NCBI RefSeq assembly: GCF_988242995.1
Contig: NZ_OZ547043.1
Reading direction: 5' to 3' (one strand)
DNA: 64,000 nt
The position numbers and the translations under genes were made by a program. Below the pieces are notes generated by a model, which saw nothing but the letters and a program-made list of their open reading frames with translations, made no database searches and was not told the origin of the DNA. Shown here in pieces: positions 23,366 to 33,742 of the stretch. The first letter of the stretch is position 1. Every line of letters starts with the position of its first letter.

Positions 23366-25399
23366 ATGACAGACCTTTCACACAGCAGGGAAAAGGACAA
23401 AATCAATCCGGTGGTGTTTTACACTTCCGCCGGACTGATTTTGTTGTTTTCCCTGACAACGATCCTGTTTCGCGACTTCTCGGCCCTGTGGATTGGCCGC
23501 ACGCTGGACTGGGTTTCTAAAACCTTCGGTTGGTACTATCTGCTGGCGGCAACGCTCTATATTGTCTTTGTGGTCTGTATTGCTTGTTCGCGTTTTGGTT
23601 CGGTGAAGCTCGGGCCAGAACAATCCAAACCGGAATTCAGCCTGCTGAGCTGGGCGGCGATGCTGTTTGCTGCCGGGATCGGTATCGACCTGATGTTCTT
23701 CTCCGTAGCCGAACCGGTAACGCAGTATATGCAGCCGCCGGAAGGCGCGGGTCAGACGATTGAGGCCGCGCGTCAGGCGATGGTCTGGACGCTGTTTCAC
23801 TACGGCTTAACCGGCTGGTCGATGTATGCGCTGATGGGCATGGCGCTCGGATACTTTAGCTATCGTTATAATTTGCCGCTCACCATCCGCTCGGCGCTGT
23901 ACCCGATCTTCGGTAAACGGATTAACGGGCCGATTGGTCATTCAGTGGATATTGCAGCGGTAATCGGCACCATCTTCGGTATTGCCACTACGCTCGGTAT
24001 CGGTGTGGTGCAGCTTAACTATGGCTTGAGCGTACTGTTTGATATTCCCGATTCAATGGCGGCGAAAGCGGCACTGATCGCCTTGTCGGTGATCATCGCC
24101 ACGATCTCTGTCACCTCCGGTGTCGATAAGGGCATTCGTGTGTTATCGGAACTTAACGTTGCGCTGGCGCTGGGATTGATCCTTTTCGTGCTGTTTATGG
24201 GCAACACCTCGTTCCTGCTTAATGCGCTGGTGCTGAACGTTGGCGACTATGTGAATCGCTTTATGGGCATGACGCTCAACAGTTTTGCCTTCGACCGTCC
24301 GGTTGAGTGGATGAATAACTGGACGCTCTTCTTCTGGGCATGGTGGGTGGCATGGTCGCCGTTTGTCGGCCTGTTTCTGGCGCGTATCTCGCGCGGGCGT
24401 ACCATTCGCCAGTTCGTGCTGGGCACGTTGATTATTCCGTTTACCTTCACGCTGTTATGGCTCTCGGTGTTCGGCAATAGCGCGCTGTATGAAATCATCC
24501 ACGGCGGCGCGGCATTTGCCGAGGAAGCGATGGTCCATCCGGAGCGCGGCTTCTACAGCCTGCTGGCGCAGTATCCGGCGTTTACCTTTAGCGCCTCCGT
24601 CGCCACCATTACTGGCCTGCTGTTTTATGTGACCTCGGCGGACTCCGGGGCGCTGGTGCTGGGGAATTTCACCTCGCAGCTTAAAGATATCAACAGCGAC
24701 GCCCCCGGCTGGCTGCGCGTCTTCTGGTCGGTGGCGATTGGCCTGCTAACGCTCGGCATGCTGATGACCAACGGGATATCCGCGCTGCAAAACACCACGG
24801 TAATCATGGGGCTGCCGTTCAGCTTTGTGATTTTCTTCGTGATGGCGGGGTTGTATAAATCTCTGAAGGTAGAAGATTACCGCCGTGAAAGTGCCAACCG
24901 TGATACCGCGCCGCGACCGCTGGGGCTTCAGGATCGCCTGAGCTGGAAAAAACGTCTCTCGCGCCTGATGAATTATCCGGGCACGCGTTACACTAAACAG
25001 ATGATGGAGACGGTCTGTTACCCGGCAATGGAAGAAGTGGCGCAGGAGCTGCGGTTGCGCGGCGCGTACGTGGAGCTAAAAAGCCTGCCGCCGGAAGAGG
25101 GACAACAGTTGGGGCATCTGGATTTGTTGGTGCATATGGGCGAAGAGCAAAACTTTGTCTATCAGATTTGGCCGCAGCAATATTCGGTGCCGGGCTTTAC
25201 CTACCGCGCACGTAGCGGTAAATCGACCTACTACCGGCTGGAAACCTTCCTGTTAGAAGGCAGCCAGGGCAACGACCTGATGGACTACAGCAAAGAGCAG
25301 GTGATCACCGATATTCTTGACCAGTACGAGCGGCATCTTAACTTTATCCATCTCCATCGTGAAGCGCCGGGCCATAGCGTGATGTTCCCGGACGCGTGA
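23366..25399 (+). CDS. betT: choline transporter, BCCT family
   Basis: 677 aa, polytopic, divergent from betIBA. Confidence 0.9.
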   Translation: MTDLSHSREKDKINPVVFYTSAGLILLFSLTTILFRDFSALWIGRTLDWVSKTFGWYYLLAATLYIVFVVCIACSRFGSVKLGPEQSKPEFSLLSWAAMLFAAGIGIDLMFFSVAEPVTQYMQPPEGAGQTIEAARQAMVWTLFHYGLTGWSMYALMGMALGYFSYRYNLPLTIRSALYPIFGKRINGPIGHSVDIAAVIGTIFGIATTLGIGVVQLNYGLSVLFDIPDSMAAKAALIALSVIIATISVTSGVDKGIRVLSELNVALALGLILFVLFMGNTSFLLNALVLNVGDYVNRFMGMTLNSFAFDRPVEWMNNWTLFFWAWWVAWSPFVGLFLARISRGRTIRQFVLGTLIIPFTFTLLWLSVFGNSALYEIIHGGAAFAEEAMVHPERGFYSLLAQYPAFTFSASVATITGLLFYVTSADSGALVLGNFTSQLKDINSDAPGWLRVFWSVAIGLLTLGMLMTNGISALQNTTVIMGLPFSFVIFFVMAGLYKSLKVEDYRRESANRDTAPRPLGLQDRLSWKKRLSRLMNYPGTRYTKQMMETVCYPAMEEVAQELRLRGAYVELKSLPPEEGQQLGHLDLLVHMGEEQNFVYQIWPQQYSVPGFTYRARSGKSTYYRLETFLLEGSQGNDLMDYSKEQVITDILDQYERHLNFIHLHREAPGHSVMFPDA

Positions 25400-25412
25400 T
25401 TGTTATTGCATA

Positions 25413-25449
25413 AAACCGCGCCATGTCTGCATATGGCGCGGTTTCTCTT
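25413..25449 (+). terminator. rho-independent terminator downstream of betT
   Basis: aaaccgcgccat-(8 nt loop)-atggcgcggttt followed by tctctt. Confidence 0.45.
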
Positions 25450-26275
25450 ACCTCTTGATACGTTATATCTGTGTACAGTTAAGCCCTTAGTATCGATTGA
25501 TGATTGCCAGGCAACAGATAATAAAAAAGAAAAGAACTATTGAAGCCCAAAACCTACGCTTGGACTGTTGTGAATGTTCAATAAGCTTAGTCTTATTTAA
25601 TGTAAATATTGGTGCTAATTTGAAATGACGCTTTATTCATGGGAAACGCGTAGCGCAAATCAACTAAAATCAATGTAACTGTTTGTTGTTTAAGGTTTAA
25701 TTGTCTGTGTCTGATATTTTATTGATTGTTTTAAATATTGTTTTTATTGTCATTGTTATAATGTTGGCTATCTATTGCTGAATGGATTCAGCCTTAAAAA
25801 GCAGGTTGTTAAGGGATAGGCATAGAGTAATGACGTGTATGCATAACCAACATCTTTACTCATTATGTCATTGAATGTTGACGCTATGTGTTTATGAGGT
25901 TGAGGTATTTTCAGTTGATCTGGATTGTTAAATTCATATAATGCGCCTTTACTCATGAATGGGCGTCAATACGTAGTGGGAAATTATAAATATTGAAATA
26001 GTCCAACTACTTCTTTATTACCAAAAATGAGTATCTGAATTTTAATATTGCATTCTTGCGTGATTATCTCCTGAGTTTGACTTGTGATTACCTTTTTAAG
26101 GTATTTAGCGTAACTGTTTTTGAGCGAGCATCAGAGGTAAAGATAATCTTTTTGATAGTGATGTGGGATGTTATGCGTATGGCATCGCTGATGTTTATGG
26201 TTACCCCTTATGTGTGCTCAGGAATCCACAGGTAATCACTCATACTGAACAGCGATAAAAGATAAAGGTGTGTTC

Positions 26276-27364
26276 ATGAATTCATGTGATTTTCGTGTTT
26301 TTCTGCAAGAGTTCGGTACAACGGTTCATTTGTCATTGCCTGGTAGCGTATCCGAGAAAGAACGACTGCTACTCAAGCTGCTGATGCAGGGAATGTCTGT
26401 AACAGAAATATCACAGTACAGAAATCGCAGTGCAAAGACCATTTCACATCAAAAGAAACAGCTCTTTGAGAAACTGGGGATTCAGAGCGATATTACTTTC
26501 TGGCGGGATATTTTCTTTCAGTACAATCCGGAGATCATATCCGCCACGGGTAATAATAGTCACAAATATATTAATGATAATCACTATCACCATATCGTCA
26601 CGCCTGAAGCCATCAGTCTGGCGTTGGAAAACCATGAGTTTAAACCGTGGATCCAACCGGTTTTCTGCGCGCAGACTGGGGTACTGACGGGCTGTGAGGT
26701 GCTTGTCCGCTGGGAACATCCACAAACGGGAATTATCCCACCGGATCAGTTTATTCCTCTGGCGGAGTCATCTGGTCTTATCGTCATAATGACTCGCCAG
26801 TTGATGAAACAGACTGCGGATATTCTGATGCCGGTAAAACATTTGCTGCCGGATAATTTCCATATTGGCATCAACGTCTCGGCGGGTTGTTTTTTGGCCG
26901 CGGGATTTGAAAAAGAATGCCTGAACCTGGTCAAGAAATTAGGAAACGATAAAATCAAACTGGTTCTCGAGCTAACGGAACGTAACCCTATTCCGGTAAC
27001 GCCAGAAGCCAGAGCGATATTTGACAGCCTTCATCAGCACAACATTACCTTTGCGCTGGATGACTTTGGTACGGGTTATGCGACCTATCGTTACTTGCAG
27101 GCGTTCCCGGTCGATTTTATTAAGATCGATAAGTCATTTGTGCAAATGGCGAGCGTGGACGAAATATCCGGTCATATTGTGGACAATATTGTCGAACTGG
27201 CGCGTAAGCCTGGTCTGAGTATCGTGGCGGAAGGGGTAGAAACCCAGGAGCAGGCGGATTTAATGATCGGCAAAGGCGTTCACTTTTTGCAGGGCTATTT
27301 GTACTCTCCGCCAGTACCGGGTAATAAATTTATCTCTGAATGGGTAATGAAAGCAGGTGGTTGA
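26276..27364 (+). CDS. pdeL: c-di-GMP phosphodiesterase with N-terminal LuxR-type HTH and C-terminal EAL domain
   Basis: ORF 26270..27364; LuxR HTH (LLKLLMQGMSVTEISQYRNRSAKTISHQKKQLFEKLG), EAL-domain motifs (ELTER, DDFGTGY). Confidence 0.85.
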   Translation: MNSCDFRVFLQEFGTTVHLSLPGSVSEKERLLLKLLMQGMSVTEISQYRNRSAKTISHQKKQLFEKLGIQSDITFWRDIFFQYNPEIISATGNNSHKYINDNHYHHIVTPEAISLALENHEFKPWIQPVFCAQTGVLTGCEVLVRWEHPQTGIIPPDQFIPLAESSGLIVIMTRQLMKQTADILMPVKHLLPDNFHIGINVSAGCFLAAGFEKECLNLVKKLGNDKIKLVLELTERNPIPVTPEARAIFDSLHQHNITFALDDFGTGYATYRYLQAFPVDFIKIDKSFVQMASVDEISGHIVDNIVELARKPGLSIVAEGVETQEQADLMIGKGVHFLQGYLYSPPVPGNKFISEWVMKAGG

Positions 27365-27405
27365 TGTAAACCGCTATTCACAGCGCATCGGGAGGTTGGC
27401 AGCGA

Positions 27406-28338
27406 TTAATTCTCCCGATGCAGTAAATCCTGATAGATCCCCGTTAATATGCCATTTGGCGAAAATTGTTTTTTAATCCACTGCGTCACCTGACCCGTAG
27501 CAGAATGCTGAGTTGCGAGTAACATGCGTGAATCCTGGCGCGGATTATGGATTTGTCGGGTAACCAGCAGGGATTGCGCCATCGCCTCACGGACCATGTA
27601 ATCCGGCAAAAAACCAATCCCTTCACCTAAAATCTGGCACTGACATTTGGTGTTGAAATCTGGCACCAGAATCGACTCCTGCCCATGCAGCAACCAGCCC
27701 ACTTTTTTATTAATCGTATGCGCGGTGTCCTCCACCATGATATTAGGATAGAGACGCAGTTGGCTTTCGGCGATGGGTTCCGGCACAAAGGCTAATGGGT
27801 GATCCGGGGTGATAGCAAAAGCCCAGCGAATTGCGCCAATCTCCGTGTAATCAATGCCGCCGCCGTCCAGCAGTGTGTCGGGCGCGCCGATAGCAATATT
27901 CGCCTGATTATTAATAATCGCATCCCAGACGCCGTTATACACTTCGGTCGTCACGGTAATCTGGCAGGTTGGAAACTGCTTTTTCAGTACCTGTAATAAG
28001 CGTGCGGTGTGTTTGGGCGTATAAAGCAGTTGGTTAATACAAATGCGCACCCGTGCTTCTATACCCTGCGAAATAGTATCGATGCTGCGTTTGATGGCGT
28101 GAAAATCATTCAGCAGGTCGGTAGCTTTGCGGAAAAAATAACGCCCGGACTCCGTTAACTCAATGCTGCGGGTACTGCGAGTGAACAGCACCACATCCAG
28201 CCCTGTTTCCATTCGCTTGATGGTGTAGCTAATGGCGGAAGTGGTTAAACCCAACTCTTCTGCGGCTTTACTGAAACTGCCAAAACGCGCAGCGGTAGTA
28301 AATGCCAACAGATTCTCTTCGGTAAAAATTGAGTTCAT
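27406..28338 (-). CDS. yahB: LysR-family transcriptional regulator
   Basis: 310 aa; HTH (LLAFTTAARFGSFSKAAEELGLTTSAISYTIKRME). Confidence 0.8.
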   Translation of the reverse strand: MNSIFTEENLLAFTTAARFGSFSKAAEELGLTTSAISYTIKRMETGLDVVLFTRSTRSIELTESGRYFFRKATDLLNDFHAIKRSIDTISQGIEARVRICINQLLYTPKHTARLLQVLKKQFPTCQITVTTEVYNGVWDAIINNQANIAIGAPDTLLDGGGIDYTEIGAIRWAFAITPDHPLAFVPEPIAESQLRLYPNIMVEDTAHTINKKVGWLLHGQESILVPDFNTKCQCQILGEGIGFLPDYMVREAMAQSLLVTRQIHNPRQDSRMLLATQHSATGQVTQWIKKQFSPNGILTGIYQDLLHREN

Positions 28339-28429
28339 TAAACCATTCCCGCCATTATCTACTATGAATTTCTCCAGCTATGACTGTAGAGGTATCGGTT
28401 AAAGATAGATAATCATTTTTGAATAACTT

Positions 28430-28927
28430 TTAATACCCGTCGCGTTTAGTCGTCGCTTCGCTTAATTTTTGTCCGCCATATTCTGAAATTATCCCCACGC
28501 AGTTACCCGCCAGAAAACCCAGTAATGTCACCGTCCAGTTCATCCCGCTGGCAAAAAATAGCGTCATGCCGAGAAAGCCTCCGGGAATAAAAGACAGTAA
28601 ACCGAAACGTCCTTGCCAGACCACCACCGCCGAGAAGGGTACAGTCATAATCACGCTCGCCCAGAACGTGGACAATCCACTCACCGAGGCCAGCCAACCG
28701 GCAGCCAGCGCGGCGAAAAACGCCCACACCATCCCGGAATAATTAACCGCCAGGCTTCTGATAAACCCCGATTTACCGCCGCCTGCGGCATAAAAACTGC
28801 AAAAGGCGACGAAGCCAATAGTTCCTAATAATTCCCATCCCTGAGAGAGCCCGACATGTGAAGACACTAACTGCCAAAGCCCTGCACAAATACCGACGGT
28901 GACACCCGTTGCCGTGAGTCCGTTCAT
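28430..28927 (-). CDS. yahC: small inner-membrane protein
   Basis: 165 aa, four to five hydrophobic helices. Confidence 0.7.
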   Translation of the reverse strand: MNGLTATGVTVGICAGLWQLVSSHVGLSQGWELLGTIGFVAFCSFYAAGGGKSGFIRSLAVNYSGMVWAFFAALAAGWLASVSGLSTFWASVIMTVPFSAVVVWQGRFGLLSFIPGGFLGMTLFFASGMNWTVTLLGFLAGNCVGIISEYGGQKLSEATTKRDGY

Positions 28928-29184
28928 CTTGTTCCCCTCTGGTTAGACATGGACGAAAGCTACTCTTACATGTGCAGACTATAGAGAAATAAAACCTGAT
29001 TGAGTGAAAGGGTATCGGGTCAAAGAAACAAATATTGCACTACCGCACACTGCGAAAAGATTGTTGAACATCATTCAACAAAAAGGCGAAATACGGCGAA
29101 TTAAATTTAAGCGGGTTCTTTTATCAGATTATCGTTGCTATTCTCAATTCATCGAAAACAGCCACAAAAATCAGGGGAATGTGA

Positions 29185-29790
29185 ATGACTATAAAAAATC
29201 TACCTGCCGACTATTTATTGGCTGCGCAACAGGGTGATATCGATAAAGTAAAAACCTGCCTTGCGCTGGGTGTCGATATTAATACCTGCGATCGTCAGGG
29301 GAAAACGGCAATTACGCTGGCAAGTTTATATCAGCAATATGCTTGCGTTCAGGCATTAATTGATGCCGGAGCAGATATTAATAAGCAAGATCAAATATGT
29401 TCAAATCCTTTTTTAATTAGCTGCCTGACCGGCGATTTAACCCTGTTACGGATTATTTTACCGGCTAAACCTGATCTTAATTGCGTCACCCGTTTTGGCG
29501 GTGTCGGCCTGACGCCTGCCTGTGAAAAAGGCCATTTAAGTATTGTAAAAGAGCTTTTGGCGCATACGGAGATTAACGTTAACCAGACCAACCATGTTGG
29601 CTGGACGCCGCTACTGGAAGCAATCGTGCTTAATGATGGCGGGATTAAACAGCAGGCGATTGTCCAGTTATTGCTGGAACACGGTGCCAGCCCGCACATG
29701 ACGGATAAATATGGCAAAACGCCGCTGGAACTGGCGCGGGAACGAGGCTTTGAAGAGATTGCTCAGTTGCTGATTGCGGCAGGTGCATAA
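29185..29790 (+). CDS. yahD: ankyrin-repeat protein
   Basis: 201 aa; repeated ankyrin signatures (GKTAITLASLYQQYACVQALIDAGADIN, GWTPLLEAIVLN...VQLLLEHGASPH, GKTPLELARERGFEEIAQLLIAAGA). Confidence 0.8.
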   Translation: MTIKNLPADYLLAAQQGDIDKVKTCLALGVDINTCDRQGKTAITLASLYQQYACVQALIDAGADINKQDQICSNPFLISCLTGDLTLLRIILPAKPDLNCVTRFGGVGLTPACEKGHLSIVKELLAHTEINVNQTNHVGWTPLLEAIVLNDGGIKQQAIVQLLLEHGASPHMTDKYGKTPLELARERGFEEIAQLLIAAGA

Positions 29791-29829
29791 ACCGGGAGGC
29801 TTGCTATCAATACACCAGAAAGACGGTGT

Positions 29830-30693
29830 GTGTGGGCGCTAACTGCGGATGCTGATTTTCTGGCGCAGCGGGGGCAAGGACAGGTTGAACAGGTCTTTGC
29901 CAGAGCGGTAAATATCGCACTTCCGGCCCGCCAGCAGTTGCTGACGCTGCTTTGTGAAGAGTACGACAATGCGCCAAACAGTTGTCGGTTGGCACTCACT
30001 CACTTTGATGGTCTGTTCCGGCATGGTGATAAGGTTCAGTTTGACGATCAAGGCATTACGGTTGGTCAACATCTTCATATAGAGATGAGTCATTGCCTGC
30101 GTTGGCTGTCCCCAACCTTGCAAATGACCGCTGTGAATTTTCACCTTATTGCCTGGCAACAGTGGCACGACATTATTCATCAGCACCTGGGGGAAAATGA
30201 AACCCTGTTTAATTATCGCGGCGATAATCCGTTTTATCAGGCGTTAAATAAAGAATTACATATTAAACGACGGGCAGTTATTCAGGAAGTAAACGATAAA
30301 CAAAATATCGCCTTAGCGGTCGCCAGTATGATGGGGTTAGGGATTGGCCTTACGCCATCAGCCGATGATTATTTAACAGGTCTGGCGCTTATTTTATTTA
30401 TTTCCGGACATCCGGCGGAAAAATACAAAGAGGAATTTTATATCGGTCTGCAACGCGGCAGAAATAATACCACGTTATTAAGTGCCATAACGCTGGAAGC
30501 CGCATTACAACAACGCTGCCGGGAAAATATTCATCATTTTATTCACGATATTATTTATGGTGTCCCTGGGAATTCAACCCAGGCAATAGAAAAAATTAAA
30601 CATATTGGCTCCAGTTCCGGCTGCGACATGCTGTATGGCATGGCCGATGGTTGTGCGCTGAGCCAAACCTACGGAGGGAATTATGTCAGTTAA
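29830..30693 (+). CDS. yahE: DUF2877-type protein (YlbF/AllH-like)
   Basis: 287-aa ORF; 3' end overlaps yahF start by 11 nt. Confidence 0.7.
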   Translation: MWALTADADFLAQRGQGQVEQVFARAVNIALPARQQLLTLLCEEYDNAPNSCRLALTHFDGLFRHGDKVQFDDQGITVGQHLHIEMSHCLRWLSPTLQMTAVNFHLIAWQQWHDIIHQHLGENETLFNYRGDNPFYQALNKELHIKRRAVIQEVNDKQNIALAVASMMGLGIGLTPSADDYLTGLALILFISGHPAEKYKEEFYIGLQRGRNNTTLLSAITLEAALQQRCRENIHHFIHDIIYGVPGNSTQAIEKIKHIGSSSGCDMLYGMADGCALSQTYGGNYVS

Positions 30694-32230
30694 AATAGTC
30701 ATTAAACCGAATACCTATTTTGATTCTGTCTCGCTGATGTCTATCTCCACGCGTGCAAATAAACTCGACGGCGTCGAGCAGGCATTTGTGGCGATGGCGA
30801 CCGAAATGAACAAAGGCGTGCTGAAGAATTTAGGACTGCTGACGCCGGAACTGGAGCAGGCGAAAAACGGTGACCTGATGATTGTCATCAATGGTAAATC
30901 GGGTGCGGACAACGAGCAGTTGCTGGTGGAGATTGAAGAACTGTTCAACACCAAAGCTCAAACTGGTTCACATGAAGCACGCTATGCCACTATTGCCAGC
31001 GCCAAAAAGCATATCCCGGAAAGTAACCTGGCGGTGATTTCGGTCAACGGTCTGTTTGCCGCTCGCGAAGCGCGTCAGGCGCTGCAAAACGATCTTAACG
31101 TGATGCTGTTTTCCGATAACGTCTCAGTTGAAGATGAACTGGCGCTCAAACAGTTGGCCCACGAAAAAGGGCTGCTGATGATGGGGCCAGACTGCGGTAC
31201 GGCGATTATCAACGGCGCGGCGCTCTGCTTTGGTAACGCCGTGCGTCGCGGCAACATCGGCATTGTTGGCGCATCCGGCACCGGTAGCCAGGAACTGAGC
31301 GTCCGCATTCATGAATTTGGCGGCGGCGTTTCGCAACTGATCGGCACCGGCGGGCGCGACCTGAGCGAGAAAATCGGCGGCCTGATGATGCTCGACGCCA
31401 TCGGGATGCTGGAAAACGATCCGCAAACTGAAATTATTGTGCTTATCTCCAAACCGCCTGCGCCTGCGGTGGCCCGCAAAGTGCTGGAACGCGCACGTGC
31501 CTGCCGCAAGCCGGTGGTGGTCTGCTTCCTCGGTCGTGGCGAAACGCCAGTGGATGAGCAGGGGCTACAGTTTGCTCGCGGCAGCAAAGAAGCGGCGCTG
31601 AAAGCGGTAATGCTCTCCGGCGTGAAACAGGAACATCTCGATCTGCATACCCTGAACCAGCCATTGATTGCTGACGTGCGCGCTCGCCTGAAGCCACAAC
31701 AGAAATACATTCGTGGCCTGTTCTGCGGCGGTACGCTGTGTGACGAAACCATGTTCGCGGTGATGGAAAAACACGGCGATGTCTACAGCAACATCCAGCC
31801 CGATCCTGAATTCCGCCTGAAAGATATCAACCGCAGCATCAAACACACCTTCCTCGACTTTGGTGATGACGACTTCACCAACGGCAAGCCGCATCCAATG
31901 ATTGACCCCACCAACCGCATCAGCCGGTTGATCGAAGAAGCGCGCGATCCAGAAGTGGCGGTGATCGTGATGGATTTTGTGCTCGGATTTGGATCGCATG
32001 AAGATCCGGTCGGTTCCACCATTGAGGCGATCAAAGAGGCGAAAGCGATCGCCGCTGCCGAAGGACGTGAGTTGATCATTCTCGCCTATGTGCTGGGTAC
32101 CGATCTTGATACGCCATCATTAGAACAACAAAGCCAGATGTTGCTTGATGCCGGAGTGATTCTGGCCAGCAGCAGCACCAATACCGGATTGCTGGCGCGT
32201 GAATTTATCTGCAAAGGGGAGGAAGCCTGA
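30683..32230 (+). CDS. yahF: FdrA-like protein (CoA-ligase/succinyl-CoA-synthetase alpha-like fold)
   Basis: 515-aa ORF; glycine-rich Rossmann-like stretches (GIVGASGTGSQE). Confidence 0.8.
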   Translation: MSVKIVIKPNTYFDSVSLMSISTRANKLDGVEQAFVAMATEMNKGVLKNLGLLTPELEQAKNGDLMIVINGKSGADNEQLLVEIEELFNTKAQTGSHEARYATIASAKKHIPESNLAVISVNGLFAAREARQALQNDLNVMLFSDNVSVEDELALKQLAHEKGLLMMGPDCGTAIINGAALCFGNAVRRGNIGIVGASGTGSQELSVRIHEFGGGVSQLIGTGGRDLSEKIGGLMMLDAIGMLENDPQTEIIVLISKPPAPAVARKVLERARACRKPVVVCFLGRGETPVDEQGLQFARGSKEAALKAVMLSGVKQEHLDLHTLNQPLIADVRARLKPQQKYIRGLFCGGTLCDETMFAVMEKHGDVYSNIQPDPEFRLKDINRSIKHTFLDFGDDDFTNGKPHPMIDPTNRISRLIEEARDPEVAVIVMDFVLGFGSHEDPVGSTIEAIKEAKAIAAAEGRELIILAYVLGTDLDTPSLEQQSQMLLDAGVILASSSTNTGLLAREFICKGEEA

Positions 32231-33648
32231 TGAGCCCGTCACTGTTTAGCCAACCGTTGAACGTTATTAACGTCGGTATCGCCATGTTTAGCGATGATCT
32301 GAAAAAGCAGCATGTAGAAGTGACCCAACTCGACTGGACGCCGCCGGGGCAGGGCAATATGCAGGTGGTGCAGGCGCTGGATAACATTGCCGATTCGCCG
32401 CTGGCAGACAAAATCGCCGCCGCTAACCAGCAGGCGCTGGAGCGCATTATCCAGTCGCATCCGGTGCTGATTGGTTTTGATCAGGCGATAAACGTGGTGC
32501 CGGGCATGACGCCGAAAACCATTCTTCACGCCGGGCCGCCGATCACCTGGGAAAAAATGTGCGGCGCGATGAAAGGCGCGGTCACCGGGGCGCTGGTGTT
32601 CGAAGGGCTGGCGAAAGATCTCGACGAGGCGGCTGAACTGGCGGCCTCCGGGGAGATCTCCTTCTCGCCGTGCCACGAACATGACTGCGTGGGATCGATG
32701 GCGGGTGTTACCTCGGCCTCGATGTTTATGCACATCGTAAAAAACAAAACCTACGGCAACATCGCTTACACCAATATGAGTGAGCAGATGGCGAAGATTT
32801 TGCGTATGGGCGCTAACGACCAGAGCGTGATTGACCGCCTCAACTGGATGCGCGATGTGCAGGGGCCAATGCTGCGCGACGCGATGAAAATTATCGGCGA
32901 AATCGATCTGCGCTTAATGCTGGCGCAAGCGCTGCATATGGGCGATGAATGCCATAACCGCAATAACGCCGGGACGACGCTGCTGATTCAGGCGCTGACG
33001 CCGGGGATTATTCAGGCGGGTTATTCCGTCGAGCAACAGCGCGAAGTGTTTGAGTTTGTCGCCAGCAGCGACTACTTCTCCGGCCCGACGTGGATGGCGA
33101 TGTGTAAAGCGGCGATGGATGCGGCGCACGGCATCGAATACAGCACCGTGGTCACCACCATGGCGCGTAACGGCGTCGAGTTCGGCCTGCGGGTCAGCGG
33201 CCTGCCGGGGCAATGGTTTACCGGCCCGGCGCAGCAGGTGATCGGCCCGATGTTTGCCGGTTATAAGCCGGAAGATTCGGGGCTGGATATCGGCGACAGC
33301 GCCATCACTGAAACCTACGGCATTGGCGGATTTGCCATGGCGACCGCGCCTGCTATCGTCGCGCTGGTGGGCGGTACGGTGGAAGAGGCTATCGATTTCT
33401 CCCGCCAGATGCGTGAAATCACTCTCGGTGAAAACCCCAACGTCACCATTCCGCTGCTCGGTTTTATGGGCGTGCCGTCGGCAATCGACATCACCCGCGT
33501 GGGCAGCAGCGGCATTCTGCCGGTGATCAACACCGCCATCGCCCATAAAGATGCGGGCGTCGGCATGATTGGTGCGGGCATTGTGCATCCACCATTCGCC
33601 TGCTTCGAGAAAGCCATTCTCGGCTGGTGCGAACGTTACGGCGTCTGA
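32230..33648 (+). CDS. yahG: DUF1116-type protein (YlbE/AllG-like)
   Basis: 472-aa ORF; ATG overlaps yahF TGA in a TGATG junction. Confidence 0.8.
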   Translation: MSPSLFSQPLNVINVGIAMFSDDLKKQHVEVTQLDWTPPGQGNMQVVQALDNIADSPLADKIAAANQQALERIIQSHPVLIGFDQAINVVPGMTPKTILHAGPPITWEKMCGAMKGAVTGALVFEGLAKDLDEAAELAASGEISFSPCHEHDCVGSMAGVTSASMFMHIVKNKTYGNIAYTNMSEQMAKILRMGANDQSVIDRLNWMRDVQGPMLRDAMKIIGEIDLRLMLAQALHMGDECHNRNNAGTTLLIQALTPGIIQAGYSVEQQREVFEFVASSDYFSGPTWMAMCKAAMDAAHGIEYSTVVTTMARNGVEFGLRVSGLPGQWFTGPAQQVIGPMFAGYKPEDSGLDIGDSAITETYGIGGFAMATAPAIVALVGGTVEEAIDFSRQMREITLGENPNVTIPLLGFMGVPSAIDITRVGSSGILPVINTAIAHKDAGVGMIGAGIVHPPFACFEKAILGWCERYGV

Positions 33649-33742
33649 CCTGCAAACGCACCTTACGATCCCTTCTCCCTTCTGGGGAGAGGGGCAACCT
33701 CACTCTCATAACCCCATCACCCACTGTAGCGGACATAACAAC

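Noticed and set aside
25768-25956. 62-aa minus-strand ORF in the AT-rich pdeL upstream region
   Set aside because: Low-complexity AT-rich sequence, no RBS, no recognisable protein features.
27385-27421. Inverted repeat gcatcgggag...ctcccgatgc between convergent pdeL and yahB
   Set aside because: Loop is 17 nt and the right arm overlaps the yahB stop codon; could be a terminator but evidence is weak.
33649-33742. Short yahG-yahI spacer with a ctccc-ttct-gggag hairpin and the 5' extension of the yahI ORF (33569-33742; position of K-12 yahH by memory)
   Set aside because: The extension has no RBS and overlaps yahG; the hairpin is too short to classify as a REP or terminator; treated as spacer.
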